Made by a program: the position numbers and the translations under genes. From NCBI GenBank assembly GCA_041678065.1, contig JBAYOU010000001.1, forward strand, positions 1 through 56,835: DNA of 56,835 nucleotides, written 5' to 3'. Position 1 is the stretch's first letter, and each line of letters begins with the position of its first letter. The notes below the pieces were generated by a model. That model was not told the origin of the DNA. It did no database searches and saw only the letters and a list, made by a program, of their open reading frames with translations. Positions 1-8,345 of this stretch are shown in pieces. The DNA comes from Parvibaculum sp. (lineage in GTDB: Bacteria > Pseudomonadota > Alphaproteobacteria > Parvibaculales > Parvibaculaceae).

Positions 1-79
1 GCGCCGCCGCTGGCAGATCTTTGCCTCTATTGTCTGGGCCGTCGCAATCTGTCGGCCGTCGTCATGACCGCTCCTGGCG

Positions 80-970
80 GATTGTGTTGATTAAGTCGGC
101 GGTTGAACGGGCTCCGAGTGCGTGATTCCATCGTTCTGACACGGAGAATGCGGTGATCCTCGACGTCGAGGCCAGCCGTGCCATTCGGCAGGGGAAGGTT
201 GGCGCCTCGCGAACGATGATCGACAGGACTGCCAAGCGCTTCGGTCTCAAGCCCCGGCATCTGGTCGCCGACAGCGCCCATGGATTGGCAGCGAACCTCG
301 CCTGGCTGGTCAAGGAGCGGCAGATCGAGCCGCACATCCCCGTCTTCGACAAATCGAACCGGACCGACGGCACCTTCTCGCGCTCCGACTTCGTCTTCGA
401 TGCCGGGCAGGACCACTACACCTGCCCGGGCGGCAAGCTGCTGGTGCAGTTCAGACGGACCTATGCGACGCCGCGTTCGGGCATCACCAAGGACGGAACG
501 CGGCTCTACCGTTCGAGCAAGTCCGACTGCCAGAACTGCGCTCTCAAGATCAAGTGCTGTCCGAACACGCCACAGCGCAAGGTGCCGCGCGACATCGACG
601 AGGATGCGCGCGATGTGGCCCGGGCTCTGGCGAACACGCCGGCCTATGAGCGTTCGCGGCATCGGCGCAAGAAGGTCGAGATGCTCTTCGCCCACCTCAA
701 ACGCATCCTCAAACTCGGCCGTCTGCGCCTGCGCGGACCGAAGGGCGCCAGAGACGAGTTCCTCCTCGCCGCCACCGCGCAAAACCTGAGGAAGCTGGCG
801 AAGCTTCGAGCAATGCCGAGCCATGGCCCTGCGGCGGCATGAAGCCACACCGGCCGGGTAACCGGCCCGCCGTCATAAGGCCATCAGGCATCAGGCCCCC
901 GGGCAACGGGCCCGAAATCATCGTCCCACGGACGAACTGTCGATCTCGCAGCGACTAAATCAACAATATC
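80..970 (+). mobile_element. Internally deleted IS1182-family element
   Basis: Terminal inverted repeats 80-98 (gattgtgttgattaagtcg) and 952-970 (reverse complement gatattgttgatttagtcg), 16/19 match; 4-bp direct repeat GGCG at 76-79 and 971-974. Confidence 0.8.
138..842 (+). pseudogene. IS1182-family transposase, C-terminal half only
   Basis: VILDVEA, LVADSAHG, CPGGK, CxxC..KCC, RRKKVEMLFAHLKRILKLGRLRLRG, FLLAATAQNLRKLAK motifs; homology begins mid-protein ~40 bp after the left IR. Confidence 0.85.
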
Positions 971-984
971 GGCGCTAAGCGGAC

Positions 985-2970
985 CTATGAAACCCCTGAC
1001 CCTCTCTGCCTCCCGATCATCCACGACACCCTCCCCTCCCGGACAATCCCCGAGACCTGCTTGCCGATATGCCGCTCCAGCACCGGCCGCCAGGGCACGA
1101 GCGTGAACTCGCGCGATTTCTCGATGACCGCGAAACGGCCGCTGCCGAGATCGACATGCCGGCGATAGGTCCCGGTCGCCTTTTGCCCGGATTCGGCTTC
1201 GACGTAGGGCAGACCGAGTTCGCCCGAGAGTTGCCCCGCCACACGCAGCAGTTCGCGGCGGCGCAGGATGCCGAGCATGTTGGCGCGATAGACGATCCGG
1301 TCCTGCTCTTCCCGCGCCAGTTCCTGCCCGACCAGCCATTGCCGGCGCAACGCAAGCGCGCCGCGGACATCTCCGCCAAAGCCCCCTTCGCGCAAGGGCT
1401 CCGGCTTTTCCGCCACCAGCTCGCGATCAAGCCAGGTCGCGCCATTGGCGGTCACCTGTCGCTCTAGCGGCCAGGCGGAAAGCGTCTCGACGAGGACAGG
1501 ACTCGATCTTGCCAGACCGCGCTCGAAGGATGCGGCGCGTTCCAGGTGATCGGGCGCGATTGCCCAGCTTCCGTCAGGTTCACGCTCAACCAATCCGCCC
1601 TGCCGCCGCATCGCTTCCAGCCGCCGGATGTGGGTTTCGACGAAGTCGCGGCTCGTCGTCGGATCGTGGCACAGATGCGCGTCGATGTCGTAGCGGCCGC
1701 CATTCGCGGCGGCGATCTCCGCGATCGTCCGGTCGACCTCTCTTGGTTCCACCGGTTTTGGCGTGATCGCGACGATGGCGCCGTCCGGCAGAGCTTCCAC
1801 AGATTCTGACCGGCCGATATCCACGTAATGCGCGCGGCCGTCGAGCCCGTCGACGATCAGGTAGTGACGGTCATTGAGTTCGTCCGACAGTCCCCGGCCA
1901 ATGACACGACCGACAATGCGCCGCGCCTGCCCACCTGCCGGATCGTGAACCGCATAATCCGACGGCGCGCGGGCGAGTCCTTTCTCGGTCATTTCGCGGT
2001 GAAGCGTCTTGATGACGTCGCCACGTTCGCCCATGCGGCGAAGCGCCGGTTCCAACCCCTTGGCAAGCTTCCACGTTCCGGGCGTGACCTCCTCCGCCAG
2101 TCCCAGTCGCTTCAGCTTCTGCAGCCGGCCCGCCCGCAAGGTTTGCCGGAACGCATCACCTGCGGTCATATCAGAACGGACGTGACCTTCGTCATCCGTC
2201 TCCTTCAACAAACCGCGATCGAGACTGGTGAACCGTTCCTGTTCGACTTCCCGCGCGAGGTTCGCCTCAATCTCGAGATCGCTGCGGGGGCCGAGATCGA
2301 GGGTGACAATTTCGGCGGCGCGTTCGCGCATGCCTGTCGACAGATAATCCCGCGCGATGACGAGGTCTTGTCCGCGCTCGTCCTTGCCGCGGAGCATGAT
2401 GTGGGTATGGGGATGGCCGGTATTGTAGTGATCGACCGCGACCCAATCGAGATGCGTCCCCAAATCCTCCTCCATGCGGGCCATGAAGCGCCGCGTGAAA
2501 CCCTTCAGTTCCTCATATTGCGCTGCGTCCTCGACCGAAACGATAAAGCGGAACTGGTGCCGGTCGCCGTCGCAGCGTTTCAGAAACGCCTCGCCGTCCG
2601 CCCGGTCGTGCTCGACGTCGTAAAGCTCGCCCGGCAGCCCCTCGCGCGTCACGCCGTCGCGCTGGATATAGCGGAGATGGAGACGCGCCGCTTTCTGACC
2701 CTGCCCCTTCAGCTTCACGATGCGGGATTTGACGACCACGCGCCGCGCGCGAAAGGCAGCATGGGTTCCGCGCGATGCGAGGACACGACCGATGCCGGCG
2801 CCGCGGCCGATGCGATTGCCCTGGAACCCCGCCCCCGGCGACGTTCCACCGAAGCGGCGACCGCCCGCCAGCGCCGCCGATTTCAGCACCCGCTGCTGGT
2901 AGCGGCGTTCGGCCTTTCCGTCGCGCGCTCCGATCCGGCCGAGACGTGGTTCGAATTTGTCGTCCTGCAT
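985..2970 (-). CDS. rlxS: Conjugative relaxase, RlxS/VirD2-like (MOBP) with DUF3363
   Basis: HLRYIQRDGV motif I, HQFRFIVS, HYNTGHPHTH HUH motif; ATG at 2970 preceded by GAGGAG. Confidence 0.92.
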   Translation of the reverse strand: MQDDKFEPRLGRIGARDGKAERRYQQRVLKSAALAGGRRFGGTSPGAGFQGNRIGRGAGIGRVLASRGTHAAFRARRVVVKSRIVKLKGQGQKAARLHLRYIQRDGVTREGLPGELYDVEHDRADGEAFLKRCDGDRHQFRFIVSVEDAAQYEELKGFTRRFMARMEEDLGTHLDWVAVDHYNTGHPHTHIMLRGKDERGQDLVIARDYLSTGMRERAAEIVTLDLGPRSDLEIEANLAREVEQERFTSLDRGLLKETDDEGHVRSDMTAGDAFRQTLRAGRLQKLKRLGLAEEVTPGTWKLAKGLEPALRRMGERGDVIKTLHREMTEKGLARAPSDYAVHDPAGGQARRIVGRVIGRGLSDELNDRHYLIVDGLDGRAHYVDIGRSESVEALPDGAIVAITPKPVEPREVDRTIAEIAAANGGRYDIDAHLCHDPTTSRDFVETHIRRLEAMRRQGGLVEREPDGSWAIAPDHLERAASFERGLARSSPVLVETLSAWPLERQVTANGATWLDRELVAEKPEPLREGGFGGDVRGALALRRQWLVGQELAREEQDRIVYRANMLGILRRRELLRVAGQLSGELGLPYVEAESGQKATGTYRRHVDLGSGRFAVIEKSREFTLVPWRPVLERHIGKQVSGIVREGRVSWMIGRQRGSGVS

Positions 2971-3031
2971 CGTCTCCTCTCCGCGATCGCCACCTATCAT
3001 CAAAAAATGATCGGCTTTTGCTGGCGGACAA

Positions 3032-3170
3032 GACGGCGCCATGAAGATCGAAGAGACACAGGGACTTGGCGCGACAATGGCGCCACGCCTTCGGCGCATG
3101 GCGCCGTCAAAAGAGATGTGCAGACAGGAACATAAGCCCCTCATGGCGCCGTTCTTTTATCTTGCCCTCC
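3032..3170 (+). promoter_or_regulatory. Putative oriT
   Basis: IncP-like nic motif TATCTTGC at 3158-3165 upstream of the relaxase; four ATGGCGCC copies, including a perfect 12-bp inverted pair (3032-3043 / 3097-3108). Confidence 0.7.
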
Positions 3171-3228
3171 CGCGATATCGAGTTCACCCCACGCTCACCT
3201 GCGTCGATGCCCTTTCTCCTGGGACTGA

Positions 3229-3984
3229 CTAACGGGAGATGCTGAAGAGCTGCACGAAGAGATCGCCACCACCGGCAGCGAAGTCACCGCGCGATTTGCC
3301 GTCAGAACCGGCAAAGAGATACCGCTTTCGACGCTGAACCGTATCGTTCGTCGAAGCAACTTCGGGGCGCGTTTCATGCCCGTCGAGCGGGAAGAAAAGC
3401 GATTTTCCGGAGGCGAAAGACACGCGTGCGGTTGCCAATGAGACGACTGCTTTGTCGTCTGTGGGGACGATTTCAACACGCGGGAGAACCACCGCGAGAT
3501 AGGCGTGGGTCTCTTCGGGAAGGCTCCGCTCGCCCTTCAGATAGGCCTGATAGCGTGTCGGCCCGGCATGATAGGCGGCAAAAAGTCCCGGAAAGCCGAA
3601 GCGGTCGCGCATCTCACTCAGATAGGCCGTGCCCGCCAGAATATTGTCGCGCGGATCATGCGGATCGGGGCCGAGCCCATGTCGCGCCCGCAGTTCGGCA
3701 TAGGTCGCGGGCATCAGCTGCATCAGTCCCATTGCGCCCGCAGGCGATGTGATCGGCGCGTCGTTCAGCAGAGTCCGGCCACCGCTTTCCGCCTCGATGA
3801 CGGCCTCGATCCAGTGCGCCGGAATACCGAAATGCCGCGCGGCTTCGGCGATGAGGGGCCGCCATCGCGCCATGTTCCTTGCTTCCGGATCGACCACTAT
3901 GCTCATGGTGGCTAGTGGTGTGAGGCCATGCTCCGGCTCTGCGCTGCGGATCGCATGGGCGAGAACCAGCGTCAGAATATCCAT
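3229..3984 (-). CDS. Lytic transglycosylase (SLT domain, Msi107-like)
   Basis: AVIEAESGG, SPAGAMGLMQLMP, DNILAGTAYL, AAYHAGP motifs; lies between traF and rlxS. Confidence 0.88.
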   Translation of the reverse strand: MDILTLVLAHAIRSAEPEHGLTPLATMSIVVDPEARNMARWRPLIAEAARHFGIPAHWIEAVIEAESGGRTLLNDAPITSPAGAMGLMQLMPATYAELRARHGLGPDPHDPRDNILAGTAYLSEMRDRFGFPGLFAAYHAGPTRYQAYLKGERSLPEETHAYLAVVLPRVEIVPTDDKAVVSLATARVSFASGKSLFFPLDGHETRPEVASTNDTVQRRKRYLFAGSDGKSRGDFAAGGGDLFVQLFSISR

Positions 3985-4550
3985 AGCGGTACCAGCCTGC
4001 CGATGACGAGCGCCCGCTCGACCAGCCCGAAATACCGCCCATCGAAAGAGCTGGGTTCGCCTTCGGCGAGCAGCAAAACATGATAGCCGCCGAGCCTCTC
4101 GCAGCCCCGCCAGCGCGGCATAAGGCGGCCCTCGCCGTCCAACTCCAGCCGCCGCACCGCGTGCCGCCCGTTGATCGTGAGGTCGTTGCCGGTCATGCAG
4201 ACCGTATCGAACCGGCTGGCCGCAACGCGCTTGATCAGCAGGGCATCGCGCGCGAGATAGTGCCGTTCGTCGGCAATGCGTCGTGCCTCTTCCGGCAAGC
4301 GCGCCAGCACAAGATCGCCCCGGACAAAATCCGGCGAGAGACGCAGATAGAGCCCGCGCGGGGCGCTGGCGCTTGCGTTCCAGACGAGACGCGGCAGTGG
4401 GTCGAGAAGCGCCGTCGCGCCGATCAGGCCGATGCCGAACACAGTCCAGAGAAGAAGACGCCTGCGGCGGTGCGGGTGTTTCGGGCCGCGCGGAGACCGC
4501 ATGGGCACCAGCGCGCCGCTCTCGGCGATGAGGGAGAGCCGCTCACTCAT
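3972..4550 (-). CDS. traF: Conjugative transfer S26 peptidase TraF
   Basis: WNASASAPRGLY, LIKRVAA, SFDGRYFG motifs; start overlaps the rdfS stop. Confidence 0.88.
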   Translation of the reverse strand: MSERLSLIAESGALVPMRSPRGPKHPHRRRRLLLWTVFGIGLIGATALLDPLPRLVWNASASAPRGLYLRLSPDFVRGDLVLARLPEEARRIADERHYLARDALLIKRVAASRFDTVCMTGNDLTINGRHAVRRLELDGEGRLMPRWRGCERLGGYHVLLLAEGEPSSFDGRYFGLVERALVIGRLVPLWIF

Positions 4551-4770
4551 CGGAGGTCGAGCGCTTTGCCCGCTCCCGCGACCAGGCGTCGAGATCGTCG
4601 ATGTGATAGCGCACATAACGGCCATGCTTGCGGTATTCGGGGCCACCGCCGACGACGCGCATCTTTTCCAGCGTGCGCTCGGAGAGGCCGACATAGTGCG
4701 CGGCCTGCGGCGTGTTGAGAAAGGGACTGCCCTTCTTGGCATTCGCAGCCCGGGTCGCGTCGTCATCCAT
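4543..4770 (-). CDS. rdfS: RdfS-like excisionase/recombination directionality factor (winged HTH)
   Basis: FLNTPQAAHYVGLSERTLEKMRVVGGGPEYRKHGRYVRYHIDDLDAW; first gene of the rdfS-traF-slt-rlxS operon. Confidence 0.88.
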   Translation of the reverse strand: MDDDATRAANAKKGSPFLNTPQAAHYVGLSERTLEKMRVVGGGPEYRKHGRYVRYHIDDLDAWSRERAKRSTSDE

Positions 4771-4857
4771 GGGGCACCTCGCATGTAACCCACGCGCGAA
4801 TCGCGCAAGGAAGCCCCACCACGGCAAGGATCGGAAAAAGAGGTCCGGTGACCGAGC

Positions 4858-4885
4858 GGCGAATATCCGGCCACGTCGTTTCGCC
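4858..4885 (-). promoter_or_regulatory. FseA box of the rdfS promoter
   Basis: Exact GGCGAA-N16-TTCGCC inverted repeat ~90 bp upstream of rdfS. Confidence 0.85.
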
Positions 4886-4907
4886 AGCGCAACAGATCGC
4901 AGAAGGG

Positions 4908-4939
4908 AAAAGCCTCCGCGCCCGGAGGGACGCGGAGGC
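4908..4939 (-). terminator. Intrinsic terminator after the DUF736 gene
   Basis: gcctccgcg / cgcggaggc stem followed on the minus strand by TTTT. Confidence 0.6.
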
Positions 4940-4951
4940 GATGGTGTGACG

Positions 4952-5275
4952 TCAGTCGACGGGATTCCAGATCAGCGCGAAGGTCTCGTCGTCATCCTGA
5001 CCGGCGGCGCGGCCGAGATTCGCGTAGAGCCGGCGCGGCCCGAATTCCGGGGCGGCGAGGCTGAGGCTCACATAGTCCCGGCCCGAAGTTTCGCCGGTAC
5101 GCGTCCAGCCCGCGCCGATCTCGACGCCCTGCGTGAGGACGCGGAAGTCCGGCTGCGCCTCGGCGCTTTTCGCCGCATTGGGCACGATATCGATCTCGGC
5201 GCGGATGGTCAGTGTCTTCAACTGGCCCTTGTAACCGCCGCTCGACTGCTTGGTGACATATCCGATTGCAGGCAT
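4952..5275 (-). CDS. DUF736 family protein (Msi110-like)
   Basis: MPAIGYVTK, QPDFRV, VEIGAGW, DYVSLSLAAPEFG, ALIWNP; AAGGAG RBS. Confidence 0.9.
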   Translation of the reverse strand: MPAIGYVTKQSSGGYKGQLKTLTIRAEIDIVPNAAKSAEAQPDFRVLTQGVEIGAGWTRTGETSGRDYVSLSLAAPEFGPRRLYANLGRAAGQDDDETFALIWNPVD

Positions 5276-5301
5276 GGTCTTTCTCCTTCGATGAACGCCG
5301 A

Positions 5302-5523
5302 GGGGTCCATTCCCCTCGCGATGGCGAACCCCGATGGGCGCGGCAGCCGCCCGCCGAACCGGAGGCCGGAGCGCAAGCGCAGGACCCGAGCGCCGGGCTT
5401 TTTTGAAGCGAAGCGACCCCGCGAGGAGCGCGCGGCAGCGCGCGGGGAAAAAAGCCCGGCGCGACGGTTTCGGGCGGGCGGTAGCGCCCATAGGTATCGC
5501 CGCTCAAGCGAGGGAATGACCCC
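5302..5523. other. Long nested inverted-repeat structure upstream of DUF736 (candidate ssDNA promoter/ssi)
   Basis: Perfect 15-bp stem 5390-5404/5448-5462; 8-bp stem 5334-5341/5484-5491; outer bulged stem 5302-5319/5508-5523. Confidence 0.65.
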
Positions 5524-5915
5524 GGTGACGCCCCTGCCGAAGGAGGAGAGAGCCCTTGCAATCCATGCGCGCCAAGCTTCCTGAGGCGGACGGGCCGGAT
5601 GATGAAGGCCGGAGCGATAGATCGATTCAACACCGAAGCGACACGCCGACAACACCGGAAAGCGCTCATGCGGGAGAGTAGGATGCGGCAGATGCGTGGC
5701 GAAGAGCGAGCGATGAGAGCCCTGCCTTACCACCGGAACGCGGCCAAGCGCGCCCACATCGCGTTCCCGCATGTTGCTTGACGACGGCTTCACTGCCTCT
5801 GAAATCATGTCCGCGATCACGCCGCCCTCGCGACTCCGGAGCGCGGCAGGCGATGAATAACGATCTGTTCGCTCATGAAAAAGAGCGGGCGGCGAAGGAC
5901 GACGCCCGCAAAGTT

Positions 5916-7646
5916 TTAGGCCTTCCCGAAATATCCCGCGACGCGATGCCATGCCTCGGCGGGCGCGAAGTCGCCATCCTCGCGATAGGCCCGCGCCGGA
6001 ACATGCATCCAGCGCGGCAGCCATGTGCCGACCTTCGCCCGGCCATTCGTGCCTGCGAGACAGTCGCGGATGATCTGCTTCTGGACGGAGGCCTTCTCGG
6101 CGACATTCTGGTCGGCGACACTCTTTCCGGCTATGTCGGCCAGCATCGCATTGATCGTGCTCCTGTCGCGCAGCAGTTCGAAGAAGGGCGCGTCCGGCTC
6201 CCAGACCGGGCCCATGTCGCGCTTCAGCACCACCGCCAGCGCCTCGACCGCCGCGCTCCCGACCTGCAATGTCTCGCCCATCACAGTGGCGAGCACATTC
6301 ATGACCTCCTCGTCATTGAGCATCAGCAGCTTGGCGAAGAGGGCGATGGTCGCCTCCGCGTCGCCGTGCGGCGCGGTGAGGTTTTCGCGCTCTTCCGGAA
6401 GACCGAGCAGGGCCCGGATATTGGCCTGCCAGCCCCGGAAGGCACGTTCGGCGACATTGGCCGCGAGGCTCTTCGCGATGGCGTCGGACGCCGCTTTCTG
6501 CGGCTCCGGCGTCACCTGCCAGAGCGCCGATCCGGCGATGACATGCGCGAGCATCAGCCGCAGCGCGATGCCGGGATGGTCCAGCAATTCGGCGCGCACG
6601 GCGGCATGGCGATGCAGTTCGATATAGTTGCGCATCGCTTTGGTCACCTCGGGCCGGGCGGCGCGGAGCTCCGCTGCATCATTGCCCGCGCCCTCGTGTT
6701 TTGCCTTGCGGCGCGCCTCCGCGCGGGAGAGATATCCCTCATGGAAACTGACCTCGCCGCGGCCTGAGACCTCGACATAGACCTTGCCGCCCTTCTTCTT
6801 CGGGACCTTCTCGTAGTCCCATGCGGGGAAGTGCTCGCCGGGCTCCATAACGATCACCTCACTCCAGCCCGCCTCGCGCAGCGCGTCTGCTTTGGCTGCA
6901 ATGGCCTCGCCCTGCTTGCGCCAGAAGAGGTCCGGATCGGCGAAGTACCCTTCCTCGCCGAAAAGATCGGTGACGATTTCGCCCTCGTAAGTATCGAGCG
7001 GGAAGAGCGCCGCGCCGGTCGCAATCGACTGGCCGCCGAAGAGCCATTGCTTCAACCGGTGGCCGGTCGGACAGGCGTTCCGGTCCGCCTTCCAGAGCTT
7101 CCACCATTCCTTCTGCTTCGCCTGCGAGGCAAGCGTCAGATGGCGGATCGATGCGGCGTCGATCTTCTCCGCCCGATAGGCCGCGCGGATCGGCGCGATC
7201 AGCGTGCCGAGCGCGAGGCGGCGCTTCACCATCAATTCGGTAAGACCGAAAGTCGCGGCGATGTCGGCGACGGATTTCCCCTCGCGGGTAAGCCGCGCGA
7301 AACACTCATACTGGCTCATCTCGTCGGGATCGAGACGGGCGATGTTCTCGATCAGCGAGGCTTCGAGCGCGGCGGCATCGTCGCCGGACTCCATTACGGC
7401 GCAGGGCAAGGGCTCGACTTCGCCCTGCTCTTCCTTCACCGCCTTGGCCGAGAAATAGCGCCGCCGTCCGGCGACGATTTCATAGGCGTTGGGCTCCGCC
7501 TCGACGGGGCGCACGAGAAGCGGCTGCAGGATGCCGCGCGCCCGGATCGAGGGCAGGATGTCGTCGATATCGGGCGGGCGCTTGCCATGCCGCATATTGA
7601 TCGCGGCGGGGCGCAGTTCATCGATCGGGATGTGACGCAGTTCCAT
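5916..7646 (-). CDS. ParB/RepB/Spo0J-family protein of the ICE backbone
   Basis: SIRARGILQPLLVRP, YEIVAGRRRY, ASLIENIAR ParB N-domain; AAAGGAG RBS before ATG 7646. Confidence 0.88.
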   Translation of the reverse strand: MELRHIPIDELRPAAINMRHGKRPPDIDDILPSIRARGILQPLLVRPVEAEPNAYEIVAGRRRYFSAKAVKEEQGEVEPLPCAVMESGDDAAALEASLIENIARLDPDEMSQYECFARLTREGKSVADIAATFGLTELMVKRRLALGTLIAPIRAAYRAEKIDAASIRHLTLASQAKQKEWWKLWKADRNACPTGHRLKQWLFGGQSIATGAALFPLDTYEGEIVTDLFGEEGYFADPDLFWRKQGEAIAAKADALREAGWSEVIVMEPGEHFPAWDYEKVPKKKGGKVYVEVSGRGEVSFHEGYLSRAEARRKAKHEGAGNDAAELRAARPEVTKAMRNYIELHRHAAVRAELLDHPGIALRLMLAHVIAGSALWQVTPEPQKAASDAIAKSLAANVAERAFRGWQANIRALLGLPEERENLTAPHGDAEATIALFAKLLMLNDEEVMNVLATVMGETLQVGSAAVEALAVVLKRDMGPVWEPDAPFFELLRDRSTINAMLADIAGKSVADQNVAEKASVQKQIIRDCLAGTNGRAKVGTWLPRWMHVPARAYREDGDFAPAEAWHRVAGYFGKA

Positions 7647-8136
7647 TGGTGTCTCCTTTCGTGTTTTCGGGGGTGGGGCTCGGGCTCTCCGCCGCTTCAA
7701 GCGGCAGAGAGAAATTCGACCAGTCGGCGAGCGCGTAAGTGCCGCCCGCCGCATCGATATGAAGGCCGGGCGTGCCGGGCGCGGCGCCCTCGGTGTCGTG
7801 GTCATGGACATGGACGCGGGCGCGTCCGCCCTCGATCTCGACCTGTTGCACGACGCCGCCGGAAACCGTGACGGTCACGGCGACGGGCTCACCGCGCTCC
7901 GAGAAGCGCGGCGGCACAGGGAGCGAGGAGGCAAACTCCCGCCATGGATCGGCATCGTCGCCTTCGGCAACGGCATCGATGAAGGTCGGGCCGCAATCGT
8001 CGAGTGGCTTCCAGCCGTCGCTCTCATTGGCGGTGACGATGGCCCTCTCCAGTGCCTCCGCGAGCGTGTCGGCCTCGACCGCCACGATATTGGCGTAATA
8101 GGCGGCAAAGCCGCATTGCACCGTCCATTTCTTCAT
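7618..8136 (-). CDS. Hypothetical protein (172 aa, acidic)
   Basis: MKKWTVQCGFAAYYANIVAVEADTLAEALERA...; GAAGGAG RBS; lies between the 65-aa gene and parB. Confidence 0.65.
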   Translation of the reverse strand: MKKWTVQCGFAAYYANIVAVEADTLAEALERAIVTANESDGWKPLDDCGPTFIDAVAEGDDADPWREFASSLPVPPRFSERGEPVAVTVTVSGGVVQQVEIEGGRARVHVHDHDTEGAAPGTPGLHIDAAGGTYALADWSNFSLPLEAAESPSPTPENTKGDTNGTASHPDR

Positions 8137-8147
8137 GGGTGTCTCCT

Positions 8148-8345
8148 TCAGAACAGACTCAGCTGGTTGCGGGCGTCCTCGTCGAAGAGGCCGATGTTCA
8201 AGGGCTTCTGGGCTTTGCGCGGGCGCAGCGGCGCGGCCATGAAGGCCGCCAGCCGGTCGCGCTCGCGGATCGGCGCGACGCCCGGCATGAGGCACTGCTC
8301 GCCTTCGGGCGTCTTTTCGGAGTCGAGAGGCGGGTGCTCGCTCAT
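8148..8345 (-). CDS. 65-aa protein ending in QLSLF (beta-clamp-binding consensus)
   Basis: Start overlaps the ardC stop (ATGA) with GGAGG RBS; C-terminus ARNQLSLF. Confidence 0.75.
   Translation of the reverse strand: MSEHPPLDSEKTPEGEQCLMPGVAPIRERDRLAAFMAAPLRPRKAQKPLNIGLFDEDARNQLSLF

Noticed and set aside
1828-3135. 435-aa plus-strand ORF and similar long antisense ORFs (5778-6767, 12236-13411, 14593-16011, 29950-31278, 33594-34760 and others)
   Set aside because: Shadow frames opposite well-supported genes in high-GC DNA; no recognisable motifs
2971-3144. N-terminal extension of the relaxase in the ORF track
   Set aside because: Overlaps the oriT candidate; strong RBS and homology start at 2970
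5599-5781. 60-aa plus-strand ORF between DUF736 and parB
   Set aside because: No motif, opposite to the local gene orientation, low-complexity Arg-rich
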